Below, piece by piece: positions 50,588 to 60,611 of a stretch of 64,000 nt of DNA (position 1 is the stretch's first letter; each line of letters begins with the position of its first letter). The notes beneath the pieces were generated by a model. That model saw only the letters and a program-made list of their open reading frames with translations, had not been told where the DNA came from and ran no database searches. The position numbers were made by a program, and so were the translations under genes. The DNA lies in the NCBI GenBank assembly GCA_965221165.1, contig CBDCRP010000003.1:704001-768000 (forward strand), written 5' to 3'. The stretch comes from a bacterium (GTDB taxonomy: Bacteria > UBA8248).

Positions 50588-51853
50588 ATGAATTTGTTTG
50601 ATGAACTTAAAATCCGCGGCTTAGTCCGTGATCACACGGATCAAGCGGAAATGCTTAGTGCTTTTGAAAAAGGCGGTATGAGCCTCTATAGCGGCTTTGA
50701 CCCTACGTCCGACAGTTTGCACGTCGGGAATTTGGTTCCCATTACAGGACTCATGCGTTTTCAACGCGCGGGCCACCGGCCGATTGCGCTCATCGGCGGT
50801 GGAACCGGGATGATAGGAGACCCATCGGGAAAATCAGAAGAACGAAACCTTCTAAAGGCAGAAGTTTTAGAACACAACCTCAGAGGAATCAGGGCCCAGT
50901 TCGAGAGGTTCCTGGATTTTGATGCAAGTCCCAATGCCGCTCGGATGGTGAACAACGCAGAATGGCTGAACGAGATTCACCTCATCGATTTTTTGCGCGA
51001 TGTAGGCAAACATTTTTCTATCGGCTACATGATGGCGAAAGAATCCATTAAGTCACGCATCGCCAACGCGGGAATATCATACACCGAGTTCAGTTATATG
51101 GCGCTTCAGGCGTATGATTTTTTGCACCTGTTCGAAAAAGAAAATTGCACCTTACAAATCGGCGGCTCTGATCAATGGGGTAACATCACAGCAGGCATCG
51201 AGTTGATTCGGCGGGTTCATGGAAAACCCGCATACGGAATGACTTTCCCGCTCATCACGACTTCCGATGGCAGGAAATTCGGTAAAACAGAAAAAGGCAA
51301 TATCTGGTTGGACCCAAAGCGAACCAGTCCATACCGATTCTCGCAATACTGGATTCAGACAGACGACAGGGATGTCGGCAGGTTTTTAAGATATTTCACT
51401 TTTTTATCGATTGACGAGATCGATGAAATTGAAAAAGAACACCTCAAGTCTCCGGAGAAACGAGAAGGACAACGTCGCCTCGCAAAGGAGCTGACGACGC
51501 TCGTACATGGCAAAGCCGCAGCGCGGAGCGCGGAGCGCGCCGCCAAAATTCTTTTTGGAGTTCAACTCGATGGCATTGAGGAAAACGATTTACTCTCGGC
51601 GGCAGAGGAAATGCCAAGAACCCTGCGATCAGGAGCACCACCATATCCGCTAATAGATACCCTGGTGGAAACCGGACTTTGCAAGTCGAAATCCTTGGCG
51701 CGAAAAGACTTAAAAGGCGGTGGCATCTATGTGAACAATCGCCGTATTACGGGAGAGGGCAGTATGTTATCTGTCGATGATATATTGTTTGGTCGGTACA
51801 TTCTCCTTCGGAAGGGAAAAAAGAACTACCATCTGATAGAATGTCATCCATAA
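50588..51853 (+). CDS. tyrS: Tyrosine--tRNA ligase
   Basis: GFDPTSDSLHVGN, QIGGSDQWGNI, KFGKT, S4-like C-terminus. Confidence 0.97.
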   Translation: MNLFDELKIRGLVRDHTDQAEMLSAFEKGGMSLYSGFDPTSDSLHVGNLVPITGLMRFQRAGHRPIALIGGGTGMIGDPSGKSEERNLLKAEVLEHNLRGIRAQFERFLDFDASPNAARMVNNAEWLNEIHLIDFLRDVGKHFSIGYMMAKESIKSRIANAGISYTEFSYMALQAYDFLHLFEKENCTLQIGGSDQWGNITAGIELIRRVHGKPAYGMTFPLITTSDGRKFGKTEKGNIWLDPKRTSPYRFSQYWIQTDDRDVGRFLRYFTFLSIDEIDEIEKEHLKSPEKREGQRRLAKELTTLVHGKAAARSAERAAKILFGVQLDGIEENDLLSAAEEMPRTLRSGAPPYPLIDTLVETGLCKSKSLARKDLKGGGIYVNNRRITGEGSMLSVDDILFGRYILLRKGKKNYHLIECHP

Positions 51854-51994
51854 GCAGATACAAGAATCGTCATTCGCCGCATTTTGCAGGAGAGATGAGT
51901 GAATCTTCTTGAAAATCCCAAATCACCAGAAGATGGTGAAGATGAATTTGCTTCTCGGCCTGCGTTTAGGATTTCCTGAAACAACCCTTCAAGT

Positions 51995-53272
51995 ATGAAC
52001 GAGCGAAGAAGTCCTATCCAGGTCGAATATCATGACCTGCCGCCTGAGTTCCACCAGTGGAAATGGCGTGTTCTCATCGCCTTTTGCGGCTTCTATGCTT
52101 TCAACTATCTGGGCAGATTCAACTTCAGTCTGGTGCAATACGCCGTCATCCAAGATATGGGCATCACGCGAGTCGATACCGGATGGATCAACTCATGGAT
52201 GTTTTGGGGCTTTGCGTTCGGCGATTTGATTTTTGGACGAATCGCGGAAAGAATAGGCTATCGAAACACCATTCTTTTCGCCGCAATCGCCACGTCTGTA
52301 TTCAACTTCATCGCGAGTTTTGGAAACTCCATCACCACGCTCGCCATACCCTGGGCGGTAGTCGGTTTTGTGAATGCGGCGACATGGGGGCCGGGGCTTG
52401 GCCTGGTGGCGCAATGGTGGCCCAGACGCGAGCGGGGGCAAGCGATTGGCCTCGTGGGAACAGCCGCCGGAATCGCGCTCCTCATCGTTTGGGCGATCGT
52501 TCCCTGGGTGGCGGCGCAATATGGCTGGCGAGCCGCGATTCGCTACCCCCCCATGATTATTGCCGTCATGGGAATCATTTTTTATTTTATCGCCAAAGAC
52601 AAGCCTTCAGAACTGAATCTCCCTGAATATAAGGAGTCGGATGACGTATCCCGCGAAGCAGAAGCAGCAGGAAGCGATAGTGAACATGGCCTAAAGGCGT
52701 ATCTTCACCTGATGACAAATCTGCGCTTTTTCTTGGCGTGCCATGTCAAAGGACTGGACAATGTGGTTCGCTACGGCGTCGTCTCATGGGCGCCTTTGTA
52801 TTACGCCCAGGTGGGTGGGTTCAACCTCAAACAGATGGGTTTGCTCACCTTCGCCTATCCTTTGGGATATTTGTTCGGGCCCATATTCGGCGGAATCATT
52901 TCTGATCGATTCTTCAAGAGCAACCGCTCCATCGTCATCATGCTTGCCGCCTTTCTGAGCGCTGCTGCGATGATGGGAATCGCCTATGCGCCGGCCGATA
53001 ACATTCCGCTCGCCGTCGTTTTGCTCATCGTCGGTGGATTTTGCGTCAACATGTCTACCGTACAGGCGCTGGGGGTAGATCTGGCCGGGAGACGGCTGGC
53101 CGGAACAGCGGCAGGTGTATTGGATGCCCATGGGTATATTTACGGCGCGCTTCAAGCCATATTCTTTGGGTGGCTATCTCTCGCCATTGCAAATGGATGG
53201 TTTTGGGTGTTCACAGCCATGGCGGCCAGCCGACTCATTGCCGTAGCCCTCGTCTGGAGGGTGCGAGCGTAA
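51995..53272 (+). CDS. MFS transporter (GlpT/OPA-like)
   Basis: YLGRFNFS, WWPRRERG, GIISDRFF, AGTAAG, about 12 TM helices. Confidence 0.9.
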   Translation: MNERRSPIQVEYHDLPPEFHQWKWRVLIAFCGFYAFNYLGRFNFSLVQYAVIQDMGITRVDTGWINSWMFWGFAFGDLIFGRIAERIGYRNTILFAAIATSVFNFIASFGNSITTLAIPWAVVGFVNAATWGPGLGLVAQWWPRRERGQAIGLVGTAAGIALLIVWAIVPWVAAQYGWRAAIRYPPMIIAVMGIIFYFIAKDKPSELNLPEYKESDDVSREAEAAGSDSEHGLKAYLHLMTNLRFFLACHVKGLDNVVRYGVVSWAPLYYAQVGGFNLKQMGLLTFAYPLGYLFGPIFGGIISDRFFKSNRSIVIMLAAFLSAAAMMGIAYAPADNIPLAVVLLIVGGFCVNMSTVQALGVDLAGRRLAGTAAGVLDAHGYIYGALQAIFFGWLSLAIANGWFWVFTAMAASRLIAVALVWRVRA

Positions 53273-53322
53273 ACGGACGATTTTCCTCAGGAAAGCCAAG
53301 TAGCCCACGCCATCAGACGAAG

Positions 53323-54723
53323 TCAACATTTTTCATTTTCCCGTTTCATCCCTTTCAATATCTCTAACCGAATCCTGTCTTCATCACCTTCAAGTTTTTC
53401 CGCTAGGAAAGAAAGCAGGCGTTGAACCCAAATCGCTCGCTGTTCGTGTGGCATCACTAAATAAAAAGAGGTACCGAAACGCCAAATATTATCCATCCCT
53501 CGAATGATGATGTCGAATCGAACATCATCCTGAGCCGTCAAATATAGCGCTGCCAAAAGGTCTTTCCCATTATTCAGATGGAATGGAAATGATTTTTCCG
53601 TTCCATCTCCAAAGCGAACACTCAGTCCAAGGGTATTCAAATCCGTCCGCTCCGGTAAACCCAAAACAACCGAAACCAATTCAGGCGAAGCCGACTCATC
53701 AATACCAGCAACGATATAAGTTTCTCCGCCAACGATGAATCGTCCTGATGAGAGAACTCTATCCTCTTCATTTGTTTCTCTCAAAAAATCCTTCAACCAA
53801 TCGGGCAACCTCTCCCGCCCAGGACATGCTGTAGGCGTTTCGCCTTCATTCAACAATTGGAGTTTGTTTGCCCATGTAAGCAAAGAAATTAACAATGGTG
53901 GCGCGGGATGCAAAATTTCCGACTCCCAGGGCGTAATGCCGTCTATGGCGCCTTCAAGGCTTTTCATCAATCCAGCCCGCATATTCTCCCACGACTTTGT
54001 TCGGTCAATATCTTCTGTAGCTTCAATCGAAATCCCCAAGCCCTCTATCACCGCCAATCGATGAACCATTTCAAATAGATGATGATTTTCCTCTACGTTC
54101 CTATACATTTCCCGAGCTTCGCCGACATAGTCGGTTAAACCGTTGCTCTCAAGCCATGAATCCAAATCCATCGGCAGAGGCGTCAACCCGAGATATGAAT
54201 CGCCATAGCGTCGCCAAAGGCCACGAGCGCCTTCTAATGTGGCGCTTGTGGCCGGTTCTGAATGAATCTCCCAAACATCGGAAAGTTCTTTTCGTATGGC
54301 GTCTTCACCCATGCCATCGTCGAGCATATTCGCCAAACGACGGAGCAGTAAGCTGAAAAACGCTGATTGCGCCTTCACCATAGACGACAATTTTCCGGGT
54401 CTCGACGTCAGAGCCGTCAGCATCAGATACAAAGCACCGATTGACGGCTTTGCTCCCTGAACACCAAAAAGCGTTGTCATCTTCTCCAGGTACTGAAGCA
54501 CAAAACTCAACTCCTCACCGGCCAACAACTTCAAGTGTATAAAAGAAATCGGAAGGGCTTGCTCAGGCAAGGTAGGTTCCGCCTGGGGAGGAAAAAGCAT
54601 TTGGGTGAAATTTTGTCTAATTTGTTCGCCTACGTCACCAAAACTCTCACGGAAGTAGTGGTTACAAGACGACTCCCACCAGTCGTAAAGCAAACTTTGC
54701 CGTCCAGTTGGAGACACCCTCAT
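53323..54723 (-). CDS. Hypothetical protein (466 aa)
   Basis: Long ORF with an ATGA overlap to the upstream gene. No motif recognised. Confidence 0.7.
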   Translation of the reverse strand: MRVSPTGRQSLLYDWWESSCNHYFRESFGDVGEQIRQNFTQMLFPPQAEPTLPEQALPISFIHLKLLAGEELSFVLQYLEKMTTLFGVQGAKPSIGALYLMLTALTSRPGKLSSMVKAQSAFFSLLLRRLANMLDDGMGEDAIRKELSDVWEIHSEPATSATLEGARGLWRRYGDSYLGLTPLPMDLDSWLESNGLTDYVGEAREMYRNVEENHHLFEMVHRLAVIEGLGISIEATEDIDRTKSWENMRAGLMKSLEGAIDGITPWESEILHPAPPLLISLLTWANKLQLLNEGETPTACPGRERLPDWLKDFLRETNEEDRVLSSGRFIVGGETYIVAGIDESASPELVSVVLGLPERTDLNTLGLSVRFGDGTEKSFPFHLNNGKDLLAALYLTAQDDVRFDIIIRGMDNIWRFGTSFYLVMPHEQRAIWVQRLLSFLAEKLEGDEDRIRLEILKGMKRENEKC

Positions 54724-54935
54724 TCGCTCTCGGATACAGATGAGCGATCGCGCTCAGCGATTGATGGAACATGCGCTTTTTTTTGAATCAACCGCCCAAG
54801 AGAAAATAGAATGACTGCAGAACCTAAAATGACGAGTTGGAGCGCATAGGCCGAAGGGTTCAAAATTCCGATGAGCAGCGCAATGCCGCAATCCACCATG
54901 GCAAGAATTTGAAGGGCTCGTCCCAAGCCATACAT
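54720..54935 (-). CDS. Small two-helix membrane protein
   Basis: Overlaps both neighbours (TAATG, ATGA). Confidence 0.65.
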   Translation of the reverse strand: MYGLGRALQILAMVDCGIALLIGILNPSAYALQLVILGSAVILFSLGRLIQKKAHVPSIAERDRSSVSESE

Positions 54936-56131
54936 TAACCAAGTTGTCCCAAAGCCGCTCTGATTCGCTCAATCCCTTCTTTTACGTTTTCCAGGGTAGT
55001 CGCGTAGGAGAAACGCACGTAATCGTCGGCGCCGAATCCTGCTCCGGGCACGCCGGCGCATTGGGCGTGTTCGAGGAGATACAGCCCCACATCCATTGAA
55101 TTTTTTAATACTCCATTCGGCCCTTGACGCCCGAATACACCGCTCACCCGCGGAAAAGCGTAAAAGGCGCCCTTGGGGTTCACAACGCTTAAACCTTCTA
55201 TTCCGTTGAATCCCTCGACAATCGCCTTTCTTCTCGCGTCGTACTGCGCCAGCCATTCGTTAAGGAACTCATGCGATCCCCTGAGGGCTGCAATCCCCCC
55301 ATATTGAGCGAAGGAAGTGGCGTTGCTCGTGCTCTGGCCCTGCAGCGTGTCCATGGCAGAGATGATTTCAGGTCTTGCGAGCGTATACCCCATCCGCCAA
55401 CCCGTCATCGCATACGTTTTCGAAAAACCGTCCAAAACAAGCGTGCGCGCCTTCATCTCGGAAGAGAAGCAGGCGATCGACACATGCTCCTCACCGTCAT
55501 AGGTGATTTTCCCGTAAATCTCATCGGACATGACCATCGCGTCGGTGGATAAAACGACTTCGGCAATCGCTTCTAATTCCTCGCGGCTATACACGCAGCC
55601 AGAAGGGTTGCACGGGCTGTTGAGCACCACGACTTTCGTGCGCGCAGACACGACTTCGCGCAATTCCTCGGCCGTCATTTTATGGCCGTTTTCCTCACTC
55701 GTCTTAACCAGAACCGGTTTCGCCCCGGTCAGGGTGGCGACGGGCTCGTACGCCACCCAGATGGGCGCGGGGATAACGACCTCATCGCCACCTTCGACGA
55801 GGACGTGCAGGGCGTTGAAGACCGATTGCTTTCCGCCCACGGTGACGATCACTTCCGTTATCGGGTCATATCGAAGGCCCTTGTGTTCTTCGGCCCAATC
55901 GCTAATCGCCTCTCTCAAGGAGGGCACGCCCCGAACCGCCGTGTATTTCGTAGCGCCGTCACGGAGACCCTGGATGGCTCCTTCCTTGATGTGCTCGGGG
56001 GTATCGAAATCGGGCTCTCCTGCAGCGAACGAGATGACGTCGAAGCCTTGCGCCTTCATTTCCGCCGCTTTGGTATTCATCGCCAGGGTCGGAATGGGAG
56101 GCAGCTTGCTCATTCGGGATGCAAAACGCAT
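54935..56131 (-). CDS. aspC: Pyridoxal phosphate-dependent aspartate aminotransferase (class I/II)
   Basis: GEPDFDTP, NSPCNPSG, SDEIY, SKTYAMTGWRMG, RFSYA. Confidence 0.9.
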   Translation of the reverse strand: MRFASRMSKLPPIPTLAMNTKAAEMKAQGFDVISFAAGEPDFDTPEHIKEGAIQGLRDGATKYTAVRGVPSLREAISDWAEEHKGLRYDPITEVIVTVGGKQSVFNALHVLVEGGDEVVIPAPIWVAYEPVATLTGAKPVLVKTSEENGHKMTAEELREVVSARTKVVVLNSPCNPSGCVYSREELEAIAEVVLSTDAMVMSDEIYGKITYDGEEHVSIACFSSEMKARTLVLDGFSKTYAMTGWRMGYTLARPEIISAMDTLQGQSTSNATSFAQYGGIAALRGSHEFLNEWLAQYDARRKAIVEGFNGIEGLSVVNPKGAFYAFPRVSGVFGRQGPNGVLKNSMDVGLYLLEHAQCAGVPGAGFGADDYVRFSYATTLENVKEGIERIRAALGQLG

Positions 56132-56159
56132 GAAGAACTCCAGGGTTAGAAAATAAATG

Positions 56160-56645
56160 TTATTTGCGGAATCGTTCGCCAAGCGCCTCACGCACGGATA
56201 AAGACACGTGTTCGCTCACGTCTCCGCCGAGTGAAGCGACTTCCTTTACAAGACTGGAGCTGAGGAAGCTATATTGTTCACTAGGCATGAGAAAAATCGT
56301 TTCGATCTCCTCGTTCAACCTTCTGTTCATGAGCGTCATCTGCATTTCATAATCAAAATCGCTCACGGCGCGAAGACCGCGAATGATGGCTTGGGCATTT
56401 ACATTGAGGGCGAAATCCACGAGCAACTCACGCTCGAAGCTCGTGACTTCGAGTTGCTCCGAGCCCTCGAATTCTTCGAGGAAAAAATTTCTCCTCTCCT
56501 CGAAACTGAACAAAGGCTCTTTCGAGGGGTGAGCGGAAATAGCTACGGTGACCTTCGAGAAAAGTTTCTGGCTCCTGCGGACGACATCGAAATGCCCTTT
56601 TGTCGGCGGATCGAAGGTTCCCGGGTATACCGCGTGACTTTCCAT
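56160..56645 (-). CDS. coaD: Pantetheine-phosphate adenylyltransferase
   Basis: YPGTFDPPTKGH, RGLRAVSDFDYE, SSSLVKEVA. Confidence 0.96.
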   Translation of the reverse strand: MESHAVYPGTFDPPTKGHFDVVRRSQKLFSKVTVAISAHPSKEPLFSFEERRNFFLEEFEGSEQLEVTSFERELLVDFALNVNAQAIIRGLRAVSDFDYEMQMTLMNRRLNEEIETIFLMPSEQYSFLSSSLVKEVASLGGDVSEHVSLSVREALGERFRK

Positions 56646-56899
56646 GAAAATAAACCTCATCAGGAGCGAAAGGTCTTCCCCTTTCAAGGGAAAGGGGCTT
56701 ATCCCCTGTGCGAAATCCGCGTTAAACCTAGTCTTTTTGGATATCTCGTGTCAACTTGACGGATGAAAACGCCGCGAGGAGAACCAAGCGGGGTTTGTCC
56801 CCCATTTCGCCCGCATTTATGGCAGGATCCCGAGCTCTATTCGGCATTTTCCCGTGTCGCCGGGAGCCGATTGGCACCCTGAATCGATGACGGAATACC

Positions 56900-57460
56900 C
56901 TATGGTTTCAAGACCTCTCGCACCATGTGGCTGATTTCGGGAAGAATGATTTTTTCCATTCCCGTGCGGCAGGCGTTCCCCGAGCCGGGAAGCGTCATGA
57001 TGATGGTGTCCCGGCAAGTCCCCGCCGTTGCCCGGGTCAACATGGCGGCCGTGCCGACATCCTCGAAACTCACGTGACGAAACAGCTCGCCGAAGCCGGG
57101 CATCTCCTTCTCCAGGATGGAAACGACGACATCGTATGTCGTATCCCGTTTGGTGATGCCCGTGCCCCCGTTCGATATCACCACCTGGATATCGGGATTT
57201 GCGCACGCCTCGAACAGGGACTCGCGAATTTGGACCGGTTCATCCTTCACGATGCGGTAAAAGGGCACTTTATGGCCCCTGTCGCTCAGCATGTTCATGA
57301 TCAATTTGCCGCTCGTGTCTGTTTCTTCCGTGCGCGTATCGCTTACGGTGAGCACGCCGCACGTTACGGCGTCCGGCCCCTCGGCGCGGTGCACTTCAAA
57401 AGTTTTCAGATCGGCCGCCTGCTCGACTTCCCAGCGGGATGGACCCTCACTCTGGCTCAT
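56900..57460 (-). CDS. moaB: Molybdenum cofactor biosynthesis protein B (MogA/MoaB)
   Basis: LTVSDTRT..TDTSG, NGGTGITKRDTT, PGFGELFR, LPGS. Confidence 0.9.
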   Translation of the reverse strand: MSQSEGPSRWEVEQAADLKTFEVHRAEGPDAVTCGVLTVSDTRTEETDTSGKLIMNMLSDRGHKVPFYRIVKDEPVQIRESLFEACANPDIQVVISNGGTGITKRDTTYDVVVSILEKEMPGFGELFRHVSFEDVGTAAMLTRATAGTCRDTIIMTLPGSGNACRTGMEKIILPEISHMVREVLKP

Positions 57461-57521
57461 TCTTATCTCCTGCTCTTCGGTTTTCATCGATATCCGTTTT
57501 TATGCACTCGCGCCGGAGAAT

Positions 57522-57555
57522 AAAAGAACCGGAGAATGAATTCTCCGGCTCTTTT
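57522..57555. terminator. Rho-independent terminator-like hairpin
   Basis: AAAAGAACCGGAGAA-TGAA-TTCTCCGGCTCTTTT. Confidence 0.65.
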
Positions 57556-57640
57556 GTTGGCTTACTCGGCAATTACGGAGAACGCCGACCGGGAGTCTGC
57601 GCCATCCCTCCGGCTGGGTCATCGCTCACAATTTCAAAGT

Positions 57641-57919
57641 TTATTTCTTTTTGAAGCCCTTGGCCATCATGCAAGAATCGAACTTGCTCTGCGCATACGT
57701 GGTTTCGGAACTGATCGCGGTAGGGCCGCCTTTGGCTTTCGAATCGAATATGAACTCCTCGCGATCCGAACAACCCTTCAGGTCTTTCACCGCCTGGTCC
57801 ATTTTCACGCCTACGCCGCGCTTCACCCAAACCTGATGTTTGGGCGGCGTACATCCCGCAACCACAAAAACCATTGCACCCGCTAGAACAATACCGGCCA
57901 TTTTTCGCATGAGTCGCAT
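57641..57919 (-). CDS. Small lipoprotein
   Basis: VAGC lipobox, W...G....DLKGC...CMMAKGF pattern. Confidence 0.75.
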   Translation of the reverse strand: MRLMRKMAGIVLAGAMVFVVAGCTPPKHQVWVKRGVGVKMDQAVKDLKGCSDREEFIFDSKAKGGPTAISSETTYAQSKFDSCMMAKGFKKK

Positions 57920-58210
57920 TCTCCCATAAAATCAACGCCTCGCTTATTTTCTGAAAACCACGAGGTCAAAACGCTCTCCAATCAAGGCGCTTCATAGCAA
58001 TCAAAATTTACCATTCTATTTCCCCATCGTCCAACACAAGATACACTAGCATCCCGTCCGGTCAAAATCGAGTCCTTCCGGCAGCAATTCGGATGCGCGG
58101 GATACGGCTGACTGCATTCAAAAATTCAATATATCTATTTTCCGTTTTACCCGTTGATTCATCCAGTTTTTCGCGTTTTTAAGAGCACGGGCCTGCGCGG
58201 CGAACGGCGC

Positions 58211-58335
58211 ACCCCCCTACCCCTCCCATAGGGGGAAAAATACGTATAACTCTTTATATATCAACAAGATAAATTTTCACTTATTTTCAGATATTTTCCC
58301 CTATTTTTCCCTTTTTTCCCCTGTTTTCACAAATT
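58211..58335 (-). repeat. Right copy of inverted element (six 10-bp units plus conserved tail)
   Basis: Reverse complement aligns with 44174-44279. Confidence 0.85.
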
Positions 58336-58470
58336 CCGCGCGCTCTCGACGCACCGGCTCGCCGCTAAAGCCTAACACGCCCGCACGCCCGCCCCATGAC
58401 GGCAAGTGCGGGCGCATGCGCGTCGGCACCTTGCCGGTCGTTTCCGGCCGAAGGGGGAGGGTGCGGTTTC

Positions 58471-58538
58471 GCAGGGGTCGTTCGTGAACGACCCGGCATT
58501 CGGTTCGTCGTTACGGGCCGTCCGCGAACCGCCCCTGC
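58471..58538. repeat. Degenerate inverted REP pair
   Basis: GCAGGGGTCGTTCGTGAACGACCC ... GGGCCGTCCGCGAACCGCCCCTGC. Confidence 0.55.
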
Positions 58539-58671
58539 GGGTGGATGAGCGGCCGCCGCCGCGAATCCACAAAAGCGCGCCTCGCGCAAGGCGGACCCCA
58601 ATCCCGCCCGGATATGCTATAAACAAGAAAAAATGCGACGCTCCGCACAGCCTGAAAAGGAGAAGAACAAG

Positions 58672-59478
58672 GTGAGGAAACCGGACTTGGCAGGGAGCTG
58701 GGCGCTCATCCTGGGAGCCAGCAGCGGCTTTGGAGAAGCGAATGCGCTCAAGCTCTCGAGCCTGGGGGTGAACATTTTCGGCGTTCACCTCGACAGAAAA
58801 GCCACGCTGCCGAACGTGGAGCGCATCCGTGAGGAAATTAAAAAAAACGGCGCCGAATCCCTCTATTTCAACGTGAACGCGGCGGGCCATGAAGAGCGCG
58901 CGAGCGTTCTGGATCAAATAGAGGAACACCTGGGCGGGAACGCGAAGGGCGCCGTGCGCATCCTGCTCCACAGTCTGGCTTTCGGCACGCTCAAGCCCTA
59001 CATCGCCGATGAGGAGAAAGACTCCATCTCCCCCAGGCAGCTCGAAATGACGCTGGACGTCATGGCGAACAGCCTGGTGTACTGGACCCAGGCGCTCGTG
59101 CGGAGCGGCCTCATGGGCTTCGGGGGCCGCATCTACGCCATGACGAGCGCGGGCGGCCACCGCATATGGAAAACATACGGCGCCGTATCGGCGGCCAAGG
59201 CCGCGCTCGAAAGCCACATCCGCCAACTCGCCGTCGAACTCGCGCCAAAGGGCATTACGGCGAACAGCATCCAGGCGGGCGTAACGGACACGCCGGCACT
59301 CCGCAAAATCCCCGGAAACGCCGAGATGATCCACAACACGAAAAAAATCAACCCGCACGGGGAACTGACGACGACGCAGAAAGTAGCCGACGCCATCGCG
59401 ACGCTGGCCGCCTCCGGCACACAGTGGATGACGGGCGATTTGATTCGGGTCGACGGAGGCGAGGACATCGCGGGTTGA
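58672..59478 (+). CDS. SDR, enoyl-ACP reductase FabL-like
   Basis: LGASSGFG, YGAVSAAKAALE, GVTDTPALRKIP. Confidence 0.85.
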   Translation: MRKPDLAGSWALILGASSGFGEANALKLSSLGVNIFGVHLDRKATLPNVERIREEIKKNGAESLYFNVNAAGHEERASVLDQIEEHLGGNAKGAVRILLHSLAFGTLKPYIADEEKDSISPRQLEMTLDVMANSLVYWTQALVRSGLMGFGGRIYAMTSAGGHRIWKTYGAVSAAKAALESHIRQLAVELAPKGITANSIQAGVTDTPALRKIPGNAEMIHNTKKINPHGELTTTQKVADAIATLAASGTQWMTGDLIRVDGGEDIAG

Positions 59479-59668
59479 AGCGCGTTTCCAAGGACCACGG
59501 ATCCATTCCCCGGGAGGAAACCCGCCCGGGCGCGAGATAGCCGGGAAACGCCTGGGCCGCGCGCTTCGGGAGAGGTTTTATATCCTCTCCCATATTCTCA
59601 TGCGCCCGGACGCCCATGCTTCCCACCGCGCTTCGAGATGAACGCCCCTCCTTTCCCTTAGGTATCAC

Positions 59669-60421
59669 ATGAGCGAGCCGGAAGTCGTTTTCGTCGTCTG
59701 CGTTCTCTTCTTGGGAGGATTCGCCAAGGGGTCGATCGGTTTCGGCACTCCGCTGGTGGCCGCGCCGCTTCTCGCGCTCTTTCTCGTCCCCCAAAACGTC
59801 GCCACCCTGCTTGCGTTCTCTCTCCTCGTCTCGAACGTCGTCGACGCCTACCGCCTCCGTTCGGAGTGGCGCGCCATCAGGGAAATTTCGCTCTATCTCC
59901 CGTTCGCCCTGGCATTCGTACCGGTCGGGGTGTGGTTTCTCAGATTCGGAGACCCCGATTCGATCCGCCTCATCATGGGCCTCATGGCGTATACATACCT
60001 GCTCGTGGAGCGCCGCCTCGGCTCCTTCAAGGAACTCGGCGCGGGGCTGCAAAAAATCGTGGCCGCCGTCATGGGCGCGACCCTCGGTTTCGTATACGGG
60101 ACGACGACCATCAGCGGCGTCATCAGCACGATTTACTTCAGCATGCTGAGACTGCCGAAAAACCCCTTCATCTTCTTGATGAACATCTTCAACGCGGCGG
60201 GCATGGCCGTCATGATCTTGAGCCTTTCACACCAGGGCATTTATACGAAGCCCCGCTTTATCGAAGGGCTGCTGGCGACCATCCCCGTGTGTATCGGATA
60301 TCTGGTGGGCATCCGGGTTCGCGAGCGCATCGACCAGGCGCTTTTCTTCAGGATCATCCGGATCGCCTTGTTCTTTATCGCCACGAGCCTGGTGGTCAAG
60401 TTCATCTTGGCGAAGATGTGA
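59669..60421 (+). CDS. Sulfite exporter TauE/SafE family protein
   Basis: GGFAKGSIGFG..LVAAP, multi-TM. Confidence 0.85.
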   Translation: MSEPEVVFVVCVLFLGGFAKGSIGFGTPLVAAPLLALFLVPQNVATLLAFSLLVSNVVDAYRLRSEWRAIREISLYLPFALAFVPVGVWFLRFGDPDSIRLIMGLMAYTYLLVERRLGSFKELGAGLQKIVAAVMGATLGFVYGTTTISGVISTIYFSMLRLPKNPFIFLMNIFNAAGMAVMILSLSHQGIYTKPRFIEGLLATIPVCIGYLVGIRVRERIDQALFFRIIRIALFFIATSLVVKFILAKM

Positions 60422-60611
60422 GGGTTCAGGGGCTTTTGTGAGGAAGGGGAAGGTCGTCGGGAAGATAAGCAAAGGCGAGGCTCACTCTCCCCTTGAGGGT
60501 CAGCCTCGACTGAGGAAGGAGAGGCTGCGCTTCCCGAGGGGGAAGCCCGACGCAGAAGCCGAGCGTTTTGAGCGAAGGCTGATGCGGTGGGGGGTCAAAC
60601 CCGACCGATGA

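Noticed and set aside
44174-58335. Tn7-like or composite transposon (TGT...ACA ends)
   Set aside because: The flanking 5-mers differ (TAATA vs AATTC), there is no transposase, and the cargo is core genes.
60498-60530. SRP RNA-like GGAAG motif
   Set aside because: It lacks the CAGG...GGAAGCAG core and recurs as a repeat.
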